From Monocercomonoides exilis PA203 (taxonomy: Eukaryota; Protista; Preaxostyla), in the NCBI GenBank assembly GCA_001643675.2, contig LSRY02000003.1, positions 248,001 to 312,000 on the forward strand: a DNA stretch of 64,000 nt, read 5' to 3'. The notes under the pieces were generated by a model. It made no database searches. It had not been told where the DNA came from and saw nothing but the letters and a program-made list of their open reading frames with translations. Of the stretch, positions 52,302-64,000 are shown piece after piece. Within the stretch, counting starts at the first letter, position 1, and each line of letters starts with the position of its first letter. Both the position numbers and the translations under genes were made by a program.

Positions 52302-53217
52302 CATGAGATACGAATTCAATGAACACCAACCAAAAACTTGCATTTTGTGAACTTGGAGAAACTGAAACTTGCTTTTCTCTTTTTGTTTAATTTGAAGCTT
52401 CTTAAACGATTTGTGCCGATCCAGAAATGTTTTATATGATGGCTTTGTGGTTATTTTTATGAATAATCGCGTCAATACTGAAATCTAATTAAAAACCAAA
52501 ACTTGTTTTCCATTTCGTTGCTTATTCAAGTCCATTTTGATTTGGAATTGAAAAAGTGATTTGTTGAAAAGTTTAATCAGCTTTGAATGTTATTTGAATT
52601 TCATTTTATCGCTCATGCCAAACAGCTGAGAATATCATTATATTTCAAGCAACAACTGCTTCAAATCAGGTTTTCAATTATGTTCTAAAATGCATTGCAT
52701 TGGAAATGAAAGGAAAATTAAATAAAACCACTCGTTTTAGCGAAAAATATTTATTTTGTGAATTTTCATGTGAATTTTCTTATGGCTAATCCTATTTGAA
52801 ATCAAACTTTTTCTTCAGTCTTCATCATTTTTTTCTCAATGTGAATTCCATAGTGTGTTTAATGATCAATGGATTAGGGTCATATTTTTATTAGATCCTA
52901 TTTTTTTTTAAATCAATTATTTTGCCATCCACATTTCGATTTATTAATTGAGTTTTTGGTATTTAAGAATTATTTTATTAACTGAATACATCCTTTTAAA
53001 TGCGTAACCTGTTTCTTATGGGGAGGAGTGGTGGTTGAAAGCCTCCAGTTGAAACTATATCAGTTACAGGTTGGTTCAAATGAATGAAATTCTTAATAAT
53101 ATGCATTTGATGCACAAAAAAATGTTTTTAAAAGAATATTGAAATTTATTTCAATAAAATAAAAAATTGGCTAAATGATTATAACCCAAAAAATAAAAAA
53201 CGAAAAATGAAGTTGCA

Positions 53218-54653
53218 AGGAAATCTACTGCGGGTCAGCTGAAGCTGCTGGAGGCGATGCTATCATTCAAATATCTGTAATTTTGGAATCCACTGGAGCG
53301 AATAGCACACATATAAAACGATGGAGCTGTGCGTATGGTGGATGCATACAACAGCAAAAAATTCAGCAAAATTCGAATCAAGCGTGCGGTGAAGGCTGTT
53401 CGGCAAGGCAGACTGGTTTCGAAAATTGGAAGACCTACTGTGGTCATTGGCGAAAAAGAGCATACAGTGATGTACGAAACAACAATAGAATCACTCTCTG
53501 GAGCTAGCCTAACCATCAAGAAAATGCGTGAACTGGTTTGCATAAATATTCTTTGAAATGAATCAATTAATATTAATTAGATTGAAAACGTTGTTAGTGA
53601 TTTGAAACCAGAAAACAAGCCAGATGTCGAAGTTTCTGCTTCCGTTTCCTACGACTTTTTCAAAAGACATCCCGAGCTGAAGACTTCAATGCCGAAAATT
53701 GTTGATGCAATTAGACTTGCCGTATCATTCTTACAAGTTCAAAAGCCTAGATCTGAAATAATCGATGGATTACACCAGAAATGTTATGACAACAAAGTCC
53801 TCATCTTCAACGTGGACAAGACATCGCTCAGGGTTCCCGACAGCTCCAATCGGAATGTCGTTCATCCGGCTAATACAAAACCCGGTTTCGCTAAATCTGC
53901 GGTGCGAATGGCGAATTCCACACTGATTGCGGAGGTCGCAGCTGATGGACAATCACTTCCTCCATTTGTTCTGTTGCCGAGTCTCAAACTTCCTAATGAC
54001 CTGAAGCCTCTTCAGTCTTTAAATCTTGAGATTTGGCCGAACAAATGCGGATGGATTGAATCTTCAACGTTTAGGAATGATGCACTCACAATTCTTCTCA
54101 CTTCAATCAAAGAAAGAAGGCAACGCATGTCACTCGACGAATCGCAATGCTTGCTTCTCATCGACTCACACATTTCTCGAGCAGATCCAACAATCTGGCG
54201 AGAGTTCAAAAAAGAAAATGTGGATGTTGTGACATTCGTCCATCACAGCACACACATCTCCCAGCCACTTGACCAAGGCACATTTGCAGTTCTGAAGCCT
54301 GAGATGAGCTCACAGGTTGAAGTGCCTTATCCTCGCCTTCAACTTCGAAGAGAACTGCTCTTATTGAAGCTCTCCAACAATCAATTCATTCGGCGCTATC
54401 ACCTTCTGTCATTAATAGAGCATTCAAATGCAGCGGCGTGCTGAAAGACTCGCCTGGGCCAGTTCTGATGAAGCTTCCACTTTCATCGAGTTATTATCTT
54501 CCTTCACATAAAAATCGATTTGACTTCCACGGTAAAGAAATAACAGAAGAAAAGGCGCTAAATGAGTGGGATGATTATTTGAAAAAGAAAAGTGAAATGG
54601 AAAATGAAAAAGAAAACATTTCTGATGAAAAAAATGATGAAACAACAAATTAA
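53218..54653 (+). pseudogene. pogo/Fot1-like (DDE_1) transposase pseudogene, DD35D
   Basis: IFNVDKT, AADGQSLPP, LLLIDSHISR and HSTHISQPLDQGTF, with 35 residues between the 2nd and 3rd Asp. In-frame stops at the 5' end and a frameshift near 54330. Confidence 0.85.
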
Positions 54654-54828
54654 ACAAAAAAGTTGTAAAGAAAGTTCAAAATACTTCAAGATGAGAACGA
54701 TATTGAGATAAAAATCATCTGATGAAATTGAAAGTGGAAGGGGAAAAAGAAAAATCATTCGCAAAAACAATTCGAGCTTTGAATTTTTTTAAAATTTTTT
54801 TATTTCGAAAAATTTGGAAACAAATAAA

Positions 54829-56069
54829 AGAGATATGGTATATCAGCCATAGATCCATCTCGATTAGGCCAATCAATATTATCGATTTATGAATATCTGG
54901 TGGTTGTTATCATCTTGCATAATAAGTTGGAATAGGCAATGATAATAAGATAGAGATCGATGATTATTGCTGATACTCTTAGGGGTTTATCATGATTAGA
55001 TATTCAGTGATGTTCTATAAAGATGAAGTCGTTGATAGGTGTAATCGAGATATATCCATAGCGGGTATACCATATCTCCAGGAAGGAGATTAGCTAAAAG
55101 ATTAACTGAAAGACAAGCTGGAAGTGTTCAAGTTGGTAAATTAGTGGTGAAATTTGATGAAATCGTTGATGAAATACACGTGTTGAACATGTGTTGAATG
55201 TGTTGATGTTACCGTTGGTGAAATCATCGGTGTTATCGTTTGCGAAATCGTAAATAAAAATTATTGATTTTGTTTTTTGTTTTATAGCAAATGGGTTTGA
55301 AGAAGATTTACGCAACTGTGGAAGAAGCGAAAGCGGCTCAACAGAAACAAATTAAACAGTTTCAGGAAAAACGTAAAGAAGAAACTAAGTATTTCAACGA
55401 ACATGTATCTGAAAAACAGAAGTTGATAAAGATATTGAGGAGAAAGCTTATCGAAAGTGATGAGTTGTTAGATGAGTTGATGGAAAAAGTTAATGGATAT
55501 TTGCCTGCACAGGGTGGACAGGTTAAGCTGGTCAGGTTTTGGAGGTAATGCTGTGGCTGGGAAATATTGAGTTAAATCTCCGAGCTTTTCACCTGCACTG
55601 GGTGCACCGGGTGCACTGAATCAATTATATTCTCCAAAATATATGGGCAAACGGTCAAACTGAACAAATTGTGCATAATACAATTTATGTTAAAATTGAT
55701 GAAATATAACATACTACACACGTTTTTTGTACCGTTGATTGTATCAAACAGTGTCCACGGTGGCGTTGTGGTGGATTGCCAATATCTATATTTTTGCTTG
55801 GAAAAAGTGTCAACCCGTAAACTGGATACCGAATTGTGGAAATATCGAGAAGCTGGGGGAATGGAAATATTGGCTGAAATCTCCGAGCTGGAAGCGTGTC
55901 CTGGTGTCCTGGTGGAACGGTTCTTTTAATTTCATCTGAAAAAAGCTGCCAACATGCCATTTCTACCAATATGAGCATTTTACCCCTAATTTGGTATGAT
56001 TTTGAGGGTTTTTATTTATTTTTGACTGTATCATCATTTTTCCACATTGCCACATGGTATCGTTGATGG
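54829..56069 (+). repeat. Left terminal inverted repeat (1241 bp)
   Basis: Starts AGAGATATGGTATATCAGCC and ends CATGGTATCGTTGATGG. Confidence 0.95.
55291..55548 (+). CDS. Small basic coiled-coil protein encoded in the left TIR
   Basis: 85-aa ORF MGLKKIYATVEEAKAAQQKQIKQFQEKRKEE with an AT-rich leader and helical, charged composition. Confidence 0.55.
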   Translation: MGLKKIYATVEEAKAAQQKQIKQFQEKRKEETKYFNEHVSEKQKLIKILRRKLIESDELLDELMEKVNGYLPAQGGQVKLVRFWR

Positions 56070-56409
56070 CACACATCAGTTGTAATGTCAATTGTTAAGA
56101 ACAGATGTTTTGCCTGCACCGGGGACAAAATGGTGGATAATTTGGTGCTGTGGCTGGGAAATATTGAGTTAAATCTCGGTGCTGGAGGTGTGGACAGGTG
56201 GACAGGACTGGACAGGATAAATTTCATTCTCTAAAATATGTGGGCAAACGGGCAAACTGAGCAAATTGGGAAAAATACATTTAATGTGAAAATTAACTGT
56301 TTTCCGTCAAAGTTCGACATAAACCTCAACATCATCTTACCTGTAAATTTTCGTTTCAAAAATAAATCTGTTACAAAAAAATTAGTTTTTTTTTTTAAAT
56401 TTTTTAAAA

Positions 56410-58779
56410 ATGACAAACCCCCAAGCAGACTCTGACAATGTAATCCAACAATTAATTGATTCAATTTCAACAGAACAGCAAACGCTGGGAGAACGAATGA
56501 AAGATCACCTTGTTGATTTGTTCGACTACAAGAAATACTCTGATAAGTAGCAGGACCGACGAAATACAGGAACAGCTGTTGATATCAGCAAATGTGAGGA
56601 TATTTGTGTCGTTGATGTTGATATTAACAAATCCCTTCAAGCTGAACAAACGAAAACCATCAGGAATTCCATTCTCAAGAAACTCCCCCGAAATGTCGGA
56701 CTTGTTCAAACAGTTAATGGTGGTCTTCATATTTATTGTGAGCTGTGTGGTAATCCCCTCAAATGTTCATCACAAACCAAAATGTTCATGAGTCCAGAGT
56801 ACGATATCGACATTTTTGCAGGTATTGGAGAGGGAAAACAGAGGCTTGTAGTTCAAGCTGACTCTTCATACAGAGAGATAAAAGATGGCAAGAGAATCAT
56901 CACCTAATACATTCCCCTCAACAATTACAGAGAGCTCAGAGATCTTTCATCACTCGAGAGTGTTCTTGACGTATTCGGTATTGACCTCAAAACAGAGAAT
57001 ACAACAGCAGTAATGGCAGCTGAACCACACAATCTTCTCACACAAGATGGTGTCGTTGATGTATCTCCAACCATCGCTCTTGCTCTTGTTGATGGATTCA
57101 AAGATGTTGAAATACATAACGACACAGGTTCTTTGTCACTTGATTCTGAGTTAACTCTTAAACCGTTATTTGCAGCTCTCAACTCACTCGTCAACATTAA
57201 CGGTTTCGACAACCAATCGATTGATTTTCTTTACAATCAAATCAGAGAGACAGCTGCTCTAACAGCAAATGCAATCACTCGCTTTGAAGAGAAACGAAAC
57301 AGGAACAGGGATCACAAGTCACATCCATTTGTTCGACAAAAGATTGTCAAGAGATGGAATCCAACATATTACAACGATGAGATCATTCCACTCCTCAGAA
57401 AAGAGAATGAGCAAAAGGAAGAACCTCCACGAGAAATTGCAGTTCATGAAACAGATCTCAACTCATCGTTCTCGTTCTCTGAAATCAGGGATAAAGCTTG
57501 TCGAAAACAAAACTTCTCACTGTCTGAAGTCGCTAAAGATTTCACAAATGTTCTGAGGTTTGTTGGAGCAAGGATGGAATTCATTGTGAAAGAGTTTGAC
57601 ATTCACACCTCTTATTATTCAATTACATTTAAGACATAATCAACAATGTTCGAATTGTTCAAAACTATGAAACTCTGGTATGATAATAAATAGACTCTCA
57701 CAGTTGAGACAGCTTTCGAACATTTCTCACATGTTCTTTCGATTGATGGGGTGAAGTTCTTCTCAGATAACCCTCGAATATTCTCTCTGTTCCATGGGTT
57801 CAAATATCAAATGGCAAACGAACAAAACAACGAAATCATCAAACCATTCCTCGATTTCACACGAGAAGTTATCGTCAACGACAACGATGAACTCTATCAA
57901 TACATCCTCTGTTGGATTTCGTCAATTATTCAAAATCCTGGAGAAAAAACAAAAACATCACTTGTTCTCAAAGGTTTGCAAGGTATTGGAAAGAATGTCT
58001 GGACAAATGAACTTGCTGAATTGTTGGCAGGATATTCATGTCCGAATGTCATAGAAATTGCAGAACTGACAGGACAGTTCAACTCCATCGTCGAAGTGAA
58101 AATGCTGATTGTACTCAACGAATTGAAGAATGTTGGAGATGATCGAACAGCTAACTTTGACGCATTGAAGAAAATAATCACTGATTCAACAATCAGAATC
58201 AATGAGAAGAATCAGCCAAGAAGAACAGCTGAGAATGTAGCTAATTTCATATTTGTGACAAATTACACGTACCCGGTAAAGATTGAGATTGGAGACAGAA
58301 GATATGTTGTTTGTGATTGAAACTCAAAATATAAGAACAATCTCACATTCTTCAAGGATTTCACAAGCTCTTTCGACAGTGAATTCTATGAACAACTTCT
58401 CCGTTATTTCCTTAGTAAAGATCTCTCCAATTTCAACACAAGAGCTATTCCAACGACGGAAGCAAAGGAAGATATCATTGCAGCATCACTCTCTGTCATC
58501 TATGTGTTTTGTCAGGAGCATTACAACAAACTCAAAGAAGGGTGGAGATGTTCTGATGCATTTTGTTTCAGACCAGTTGAATACAAGAACGATCGCTCAT
58601 TCCAACTGGCAATTGAAGACAGATGTGAGAGAACACGAGTAGGCGGAAGAGGAAATCAAGTGTGGTGTTATAAACTCAAGCCAGAGTATGAGCAACTCCT
58701 CAATCGACGTGAAGATGAAGATGACATTGATTGTTCTGTAAAAATTATCTATACACATTCGTTTATTTGGAATCATTAA
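56410..58779 (+). pseudogene. AEP (Prim-Pol-like) primase-polymerase fused to D5-like SF3 helicase; single frame with 5 internal stops
   Basis: ICVVDVDIN (DxD), VQTVNGGLHIY, DIDIF; Walker A GLQGIGKN, Walker B LIVLNE, motif C FIFVTN, Arg finger GDRRY. Stops at 56548 TAG, 56905 TAA, 57637 TAA, 57691 TAG and 58318 TGA, with no frameshift. Confidence 0.85.
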
Positions 58780-58818
58780 TACACAAACGTTACAAAAGTG
58801 TGTGTCACTTGTTATATT

Positions 58819-60059
58819 CCATCAACGATACCATGTGGCAATGTGGAAAAATGATGATACAGTCAAAAATAAATAAAAACCCTCAAAATCATACCAAATT
58901 AGGGGTAAAATGCTCATATTGGTAGAAATGGCATGTTGGCAGCTTTTTTCAGATGAAATTAAAAGAACCGTTCCACCAGGACACCAGGACACGCTTCCAG
59001 CTCGGAGATTTCAGCCAATATTTCCATTCCCCCAGCTTCTCGATATTTCCACAATTCGGTATCCAGTTTACGGGTTGACACTTTTTCCAAGCAAAAATAT
59101 AGATATTGGCAATCCACCACAACGCCACCGTGGACACTGTTTGATACAATCAACGGTACAAAAAACGTGTGTAGTATGTTATATTTCATCAATTTTAACA
59201 TAAATTGTATTATGCACAATTTGTTCAGTTTGACCGTTTGCCCATATATTTTGGAGAATATAATTGATTCAGTGCACCCGGTGCACCCAGTGCAGGTGAA
59301 AAGCTCGGAGATTTAACTCAATATTTCCCAGCCACAGCATTACCTCCAAAACCTGACCAGCTTAACCTGTCCACCCTGTGCAGGCAAATATCCATTAACT
59401 TTTTCCATCAACTCATCTAACAACTCATCACTTTCGATAAGCTTTCTCCTCAATATCTTTATCAACTTCTGTTTTTCAGATACATGTTCGTTGAAATACT
59501 TAGTTTCTTCTTTACGTTTTTCCTGAAACTGTTTAATTTGTTTCTGTTGAGCCGCTTTCGCTTCTTCCACAGTTGCGTAAATCTTCTTCAAACCCATTTG
59601 CTATAAAACAAAAAACAAAATCAATAATTTTTATTTACGATTTCGCAAACGATAACACCGATGATTTCACCAACGGTAACATCAACACATTCAACACATG
59701 TTCAACACGTGTATTTCATCAACGATTTCATCAAATTTCACCACTAATTTACCAACTTGAACACTTCCAGCTTGTCTTTCAGTTAATCTTTTAGCTAATC
59801 TCCTTCCTGGAGATATGGTATACCCGCTATGGATATATCTCGATTACACCTATCAACGACTTCATCTTTATAGAACATCACTGAATATCTAATCATGATA
59901 AACCCCTAAGAGTATCAGCAATAATCATCGATCTCTATCTTATTATCATTGCCTATTCCAACTTATTATGCAAGATGATAACAACCACCAGATATTCATA
60001 AATCGATAATATTGATTGGCCTAATCGAGATGGATCTATGGCTGATATACCATATCTCT
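58819..60059 (-). repeat. Right terminal inverted repeat (1241 bp)
   Basis: Ends GGCTGATATACCATATCTCT; mirror image of 54829-56069. Confidence 0.95.
59340..59597 (-). CDS. Second copy of the TIR-encoded 85-aa protein
   Basis: Translation identical to 55291-55548. Confidence 0.55.
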   Translation of the reverse strand: MGLKKIYATVEEAKAAQQKQIKQFQEKRKEETKYFNEHVSEKQKLIKILRRKLIESDELLDELMEKVNGYLPAQGGQVKLVRFWR

Positions 60060-60375
60060 AATAAAAATAATATGTTTTTTTAAAAATATGACACTTATTT
60101 ATTAACTGCTATTGCGCAATTTTTTTTTATTTTTTAGATAATCACATTAAGAATAAAAATTAGGTTTAAATTACGAACGAAATTATGATTTCAAAAAGAA
60201 TCAAATGCACATGTGGGAGAAAATTTTTGAAAAATCACCACAGATCAAAAATAAGATACCATAACAATATTATTTTTTAATTTTCTCTTTCGTTAAAATG
60301 CTTTAAGTTCGTTTTTTCAATGAGTGAAATTTTATTAGAACATATCATAATAATGTTTGGGCATAGGTGTATTTA

Positions 60376-60682
60376 AGGTACATTCCCAATCCTTGGTTAT
60401 TTCATAAATGGTTGTGATAAATAAAAAGTAGATTTATTAATGAAACATTTGTATGGACTGGAATTTTGAAATTCTTTTTAATCCTTGAGAAAAATCTATT
60501 TTTAAAAATCACCCATAAATCTGAGTAATGATTTAAATTATTTATAAAAATAAAGAAATTTGAATTAAAAAGCAGCTGAACGGACATTCATTATAATATA
60601 CTCTTATTTTATTTGTGATTTTTCAAAAAGCAAAAACATTAAAAAAATAAATTGAAAAATAAAAATAATTTGATCTATCCCA
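60376..60682. repeat. Left arm of an inverted repeat of at least 307 bp (partner 63694-64000)
   Basis: Identical mirrored ORFs 60402-60587 and 63789-63974; the match runs to the window edge. Confidence 0.9.
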
Positions 60683-61350
60683 CAATCAAAGTTTTATTTA
60701 TCAAAGATTTTGTTTTAGCTTCTTTTCTATATGTACCTTTTGAATGCAAACAAATCTTCTTGAACTTCATTAAAATATTTTAGAAAAGTGAGAAAGTTTA
60801 GTATTTAGTGAGGTTAATTTGAACTGCTTTCACAGTTTCTAAAAGTGTGAAAGCTGTTCATCTTGTTAATCCGAGTGGCATCTCTGTTTAAAAAAATACA
60901 TTTCATGAATGCATAATATTTGAAACAGTTATTATCTAAAGTGTTTAATTTAATAAGTTTAATTAATACATGAAATCTGTCTTATATTTTTTGAAGTTTT
61001 CTTGAAAACTCCAAAAGGACATTTTATTCTATTTCAACAATGCAAACACCTTTTCATATACATATTGTTTTTTTAATAAAATATAAAACAAACAAATGGA
61101 TTTGAAGAATAAATTTTTAAAAAAGAAAAATATTATTCTTGCACTCAATTCTTATAATGAAGTTGAACAACAAACTCCATGCAATTATTTCATTGTTTAT
61201 ATGTCAAGCACTTTCTTTCATTATGTTCTCCTTTGACATAAATGATTCAATTGCTGCAATACTTAAAAATTACTTCAAAATTTTTGTTTATTTATCCAAA
61301 AAAAAAAAAAAAACATGACAAATTATTCTTTTTTTATAATATATGTTTCA

Positions 61351-63289
61351 CTAACATTCTCTCCCTCTCTTTCTAATCTCCTCCTCTGCTCTTCTCTTTT
61401 GCTTTCTCCATCGAACGATTAGTGCTATTGACACAATAATAACAAATAACAAAATTACAACCAATAAAACAATAATGATCAAGACGAATGATGATTTTCT
61501 TTCTTTTCCACCTTCAGTTTTTCTTTCATCACCATTTGATTCTGGCTTTCTTCTGTTCTTCAGAATAAATGAATTAGTGGCTGATGGCGAATCAGCTTTT
61601 CCAAACAAAATGCACACTCTCACTTCTGCTTCACTTGGAACACATTCAATTGTTTTCACAGGAACAGACCCATGAACCTCTTCTTCTGATATGAAGTCTC
61701 TTTCATCAAACAAATGCTTCTCAATCACTTCCTCATCCCCAATCGCTGTAACTGTCTTGAATGAGAGGTTGCACGGAAGGAGAACCGATCCTCTGAACAC
61801 AACGTCCACCTTCTCCCCTGATTTTTCCGATGTCACACTCTCCACTTTCGGGATGAAAAACGCAGATGCCCTTTCTTTCGTTATTCCTTCCAGCGTGCAT
61901 CCTTCGTCCAATATCCACAGTGAGGTGTTTTTCTCCAATCCGTCCCCTCCCTTCAAACTAGTAACTTTCAATTTTGCTGAATCTCCACACAAAACATTCC
62001 ACCTCACTGATCCATAATTCGCTATTGATGGATTATTATTCTCAAATTTCCCATCAAATATCTCCACAATTCCTCCTGACAAAAAAAGCGCCCCTTTCTT
62101 CGAGTTGCTGATTATTTTGTCTTTCATCGCTACAGAACTATTCAAGAAGCTTGCAGCTGAACCATTCCATCTGTACATTTCATTTTTGACTTCATTAAAC
62201 GCCTTTTCGTACAGTCTTCTTTGTGCTTATTTTAAATCGCATTCATTTGCATTTCCATCCAAAAGGCATCTGTCCATCGTTTCGTTTGAACAGTTTCCCA
62301 ATGTGATATGCATTCATTTTGAATTGCTTTGAGCTGAATTTTTGATCAAGTAATTGCTTTTTTCATTGCGCTCCTCACACCCAAAAACGATAGTGAAGAA
62401 AGTAGCTTTTTGAGGTGGCGACATTCTCCAATTACAGATGATTCTCAGGGATTCCTCCACTTCCTGCAACATCAATGAGCGCATCACTGGTTTCCAAGTT
62501 GCAGAACACACAGAAGAAGCAACAAATGGATTGAGCGATGCAACGCATAAAGCAGCCACCGAAAGTGCAACATCTGCCAAGCAGCATCCATCCAGAACAC
62601 ATCTCTCCGAGGCTATCCGAATGATGTGAAACGGTATTTGTGCATGAAAACGAGTTTTAGCAGATACTGTGCGTTTTGAGCCGAACGAGCAGTTGACTGT
62701 TTCCACCAATCCGCTTCGTGATTCAACAGAATTATATGAGAAAATGCAAATTCCGCATCAAATACAAATTTCTCTCTTTAAATAGTCTCCATGCTGGATG
62801 TCGATATAAAACTTGCCCTTGAACATTCGATTCTCGACAACACTTCAACATTGCACATACCGCTGCTTCCAGAACCCAGGCTCATCTTATCCAGCTCCAC
62901 TTCCCACTTGATCTCACTCTCCACATCAACAAACATCTGGCTGATGAAACCAGAAGTCAAAGGCCTCATTCCTTAATCAATCGAATGAAATGGAAGAGCA
63001 TTTGTTCCATCCACACTGCTCACAACAATTGTGTAACTCTGATGGATAGTTTTAAATCCAATTAGACAGTGTCACTTGGATAATCACATTCATCAATTCC
63101 ATATATCGCATTAATTCGCGAATAATAATTCTCTCGAAGATCAAACTGAAATTTGCTTTCATTAATCTGAGATGCAATGCTGAAGTATTCGATGAAAATA
63201 TCATTCCCCACTTTCGCTGTGTTTGCACTGAACTTCATCCCCACAAATCTGAAATCCAAACTTCCTTTTTCCATTGTCGAAAAATGCAT
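61351..63289 (-). pseudogene. Truncated, frameshifted copy of the giant surface protein family
   Basis: Fragments FSANTAKVGNDIFIE...FDLRENYYSRINAIYGID and SLKGGDGLEKNTSLWILDEGC...PCNLSF...TM match both intact paralogs; N-terminus and kinase-like tail are absent. Confidence 0.85.
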
Positions 63290-63693
63290 AACTCCCCATC
63301 ATATTGCGCTAACGGAGTTGCATTAATAATTTTTCATTTGTACATAACATTCTACATAGTTTCAATAATTAATAATCTAACAAATATGCAATTTGTTAAT
63401 TTATTCAATAAATAAGATAATTTAGATTAAATTTATACATTTATGAGCGTTATCAGTGCTTCCATATTCGTTAACTTCATGAAGAAATGCGATTCTTATC
63501 AAACTGCAACAAAATATTCACAGAAACAATCATAATCAAATAACGTTGAGGATTGAAAGAAATGTTAATAATCATCCAGTGCATACTTTTTGTAATATTA
63601 GAATATTTGATTTGGCTTATATTCGTAAGCGGGTGTTCAATTCATGGAAAAAAAAAACAAATTCTTATTTTTAGGATATATATAATTTAATTA

Positions 63694-64000
63694 TGGGATA
63701 GATCAAATTATTTTTATTTTTCAATTTATTTTTTTAATGTTTTTGCTTTTTGAAAAATCACAAATAAAATAAGAGTATATTATAATGAATGTCCGTTCAG
63801 CTGCTTTTTAATTCAAATTTCTTTATTTTTATAAATAATTTAAATCATTACTCAGATTTATGGGTGATTTTTAAAAATAGATTTTTCTCAAGGATTAAAA
63901 AGAATTTCAAAATTCCAGTCCATACAAATGTTTCATTAATAAATCTACTTTTTATTTATCACAACCATTTATGAAATAACCAAGGATTGGGAATGTACCT
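63694..64000. repeat. Right arm of the inverted repeat (continues to or past the window end)
   Basis: Reverse complement of 60376-60682. Confidence 0.9.

Larger units (their letters stand above)
54829..60059. mobile_element. 5231-bp element with 1241-bp TIRs, AG...CT termini and 6-bp TSD, carrying a primase-helicase gene (Polinton/transpoviron-like)
   Basis: 54829-56069 is the reverse complement of 58819-60059 (mirrored ORFs are identical). AATAAA lies at 54823-54828 and 60060-60065. Confidence 0.92.

Noticed and set aside
55549-56268. Repeats as a CRISPR-like array
   Set aside because: Only two to three widely spaced units, no regular spacers, eukaryotic context and no cas genes.
53060-60110. 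Candidate pogo TIRs (CAGTTA / TAACTG)
   Set aside because: Match too short and no TA duplication on both sides.
60215-60227. GGGAGAAAATTTT resembling the ISL2EU TIR
   Set aside because: One mismatch, no AT flank and no convincing partner TIR.

Overview
AT-rich eukaryotic (protist) genomic DNA with short GT/GC-AG introns, read in the standard code. The gene families and extreme poly-Ser/poly-Glu ORFs resemble an oxymonad such as Monocercomonoides (inference). Host genes: two intact copies and one broken copy of a giant single-pass surface protein family with degenerate kinase-like tails; a prominin-like 5-TM gene head-to-head with a roughly 4,300-aa DENN-domain protein packed with adaptor-binding motifs; a ZCCHC9-like zinc knuckle; a TPM-domain protein; an FKBP-TPR; a Nop15/NIFK-like RRM protein; and a GT25-like protein. 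Mobile DNA is abundant: a complete ISL2EU-like element (7998-11532), a Merlin pseudogene split by a 240-bp MITE, and a pogo/Fot1 pseudogene. The most notable element is 5,231 bp (54829-60059) with 1,241-bp TIRs, AG...CT ends, a 6-bp TSD and fold-back termini. It encodes only an AEP primase-polymerase/SF3 helicase fusion and a small TIR-borne protein, and looks like a minimal Polinton/transpoviron-like integrated replicon.
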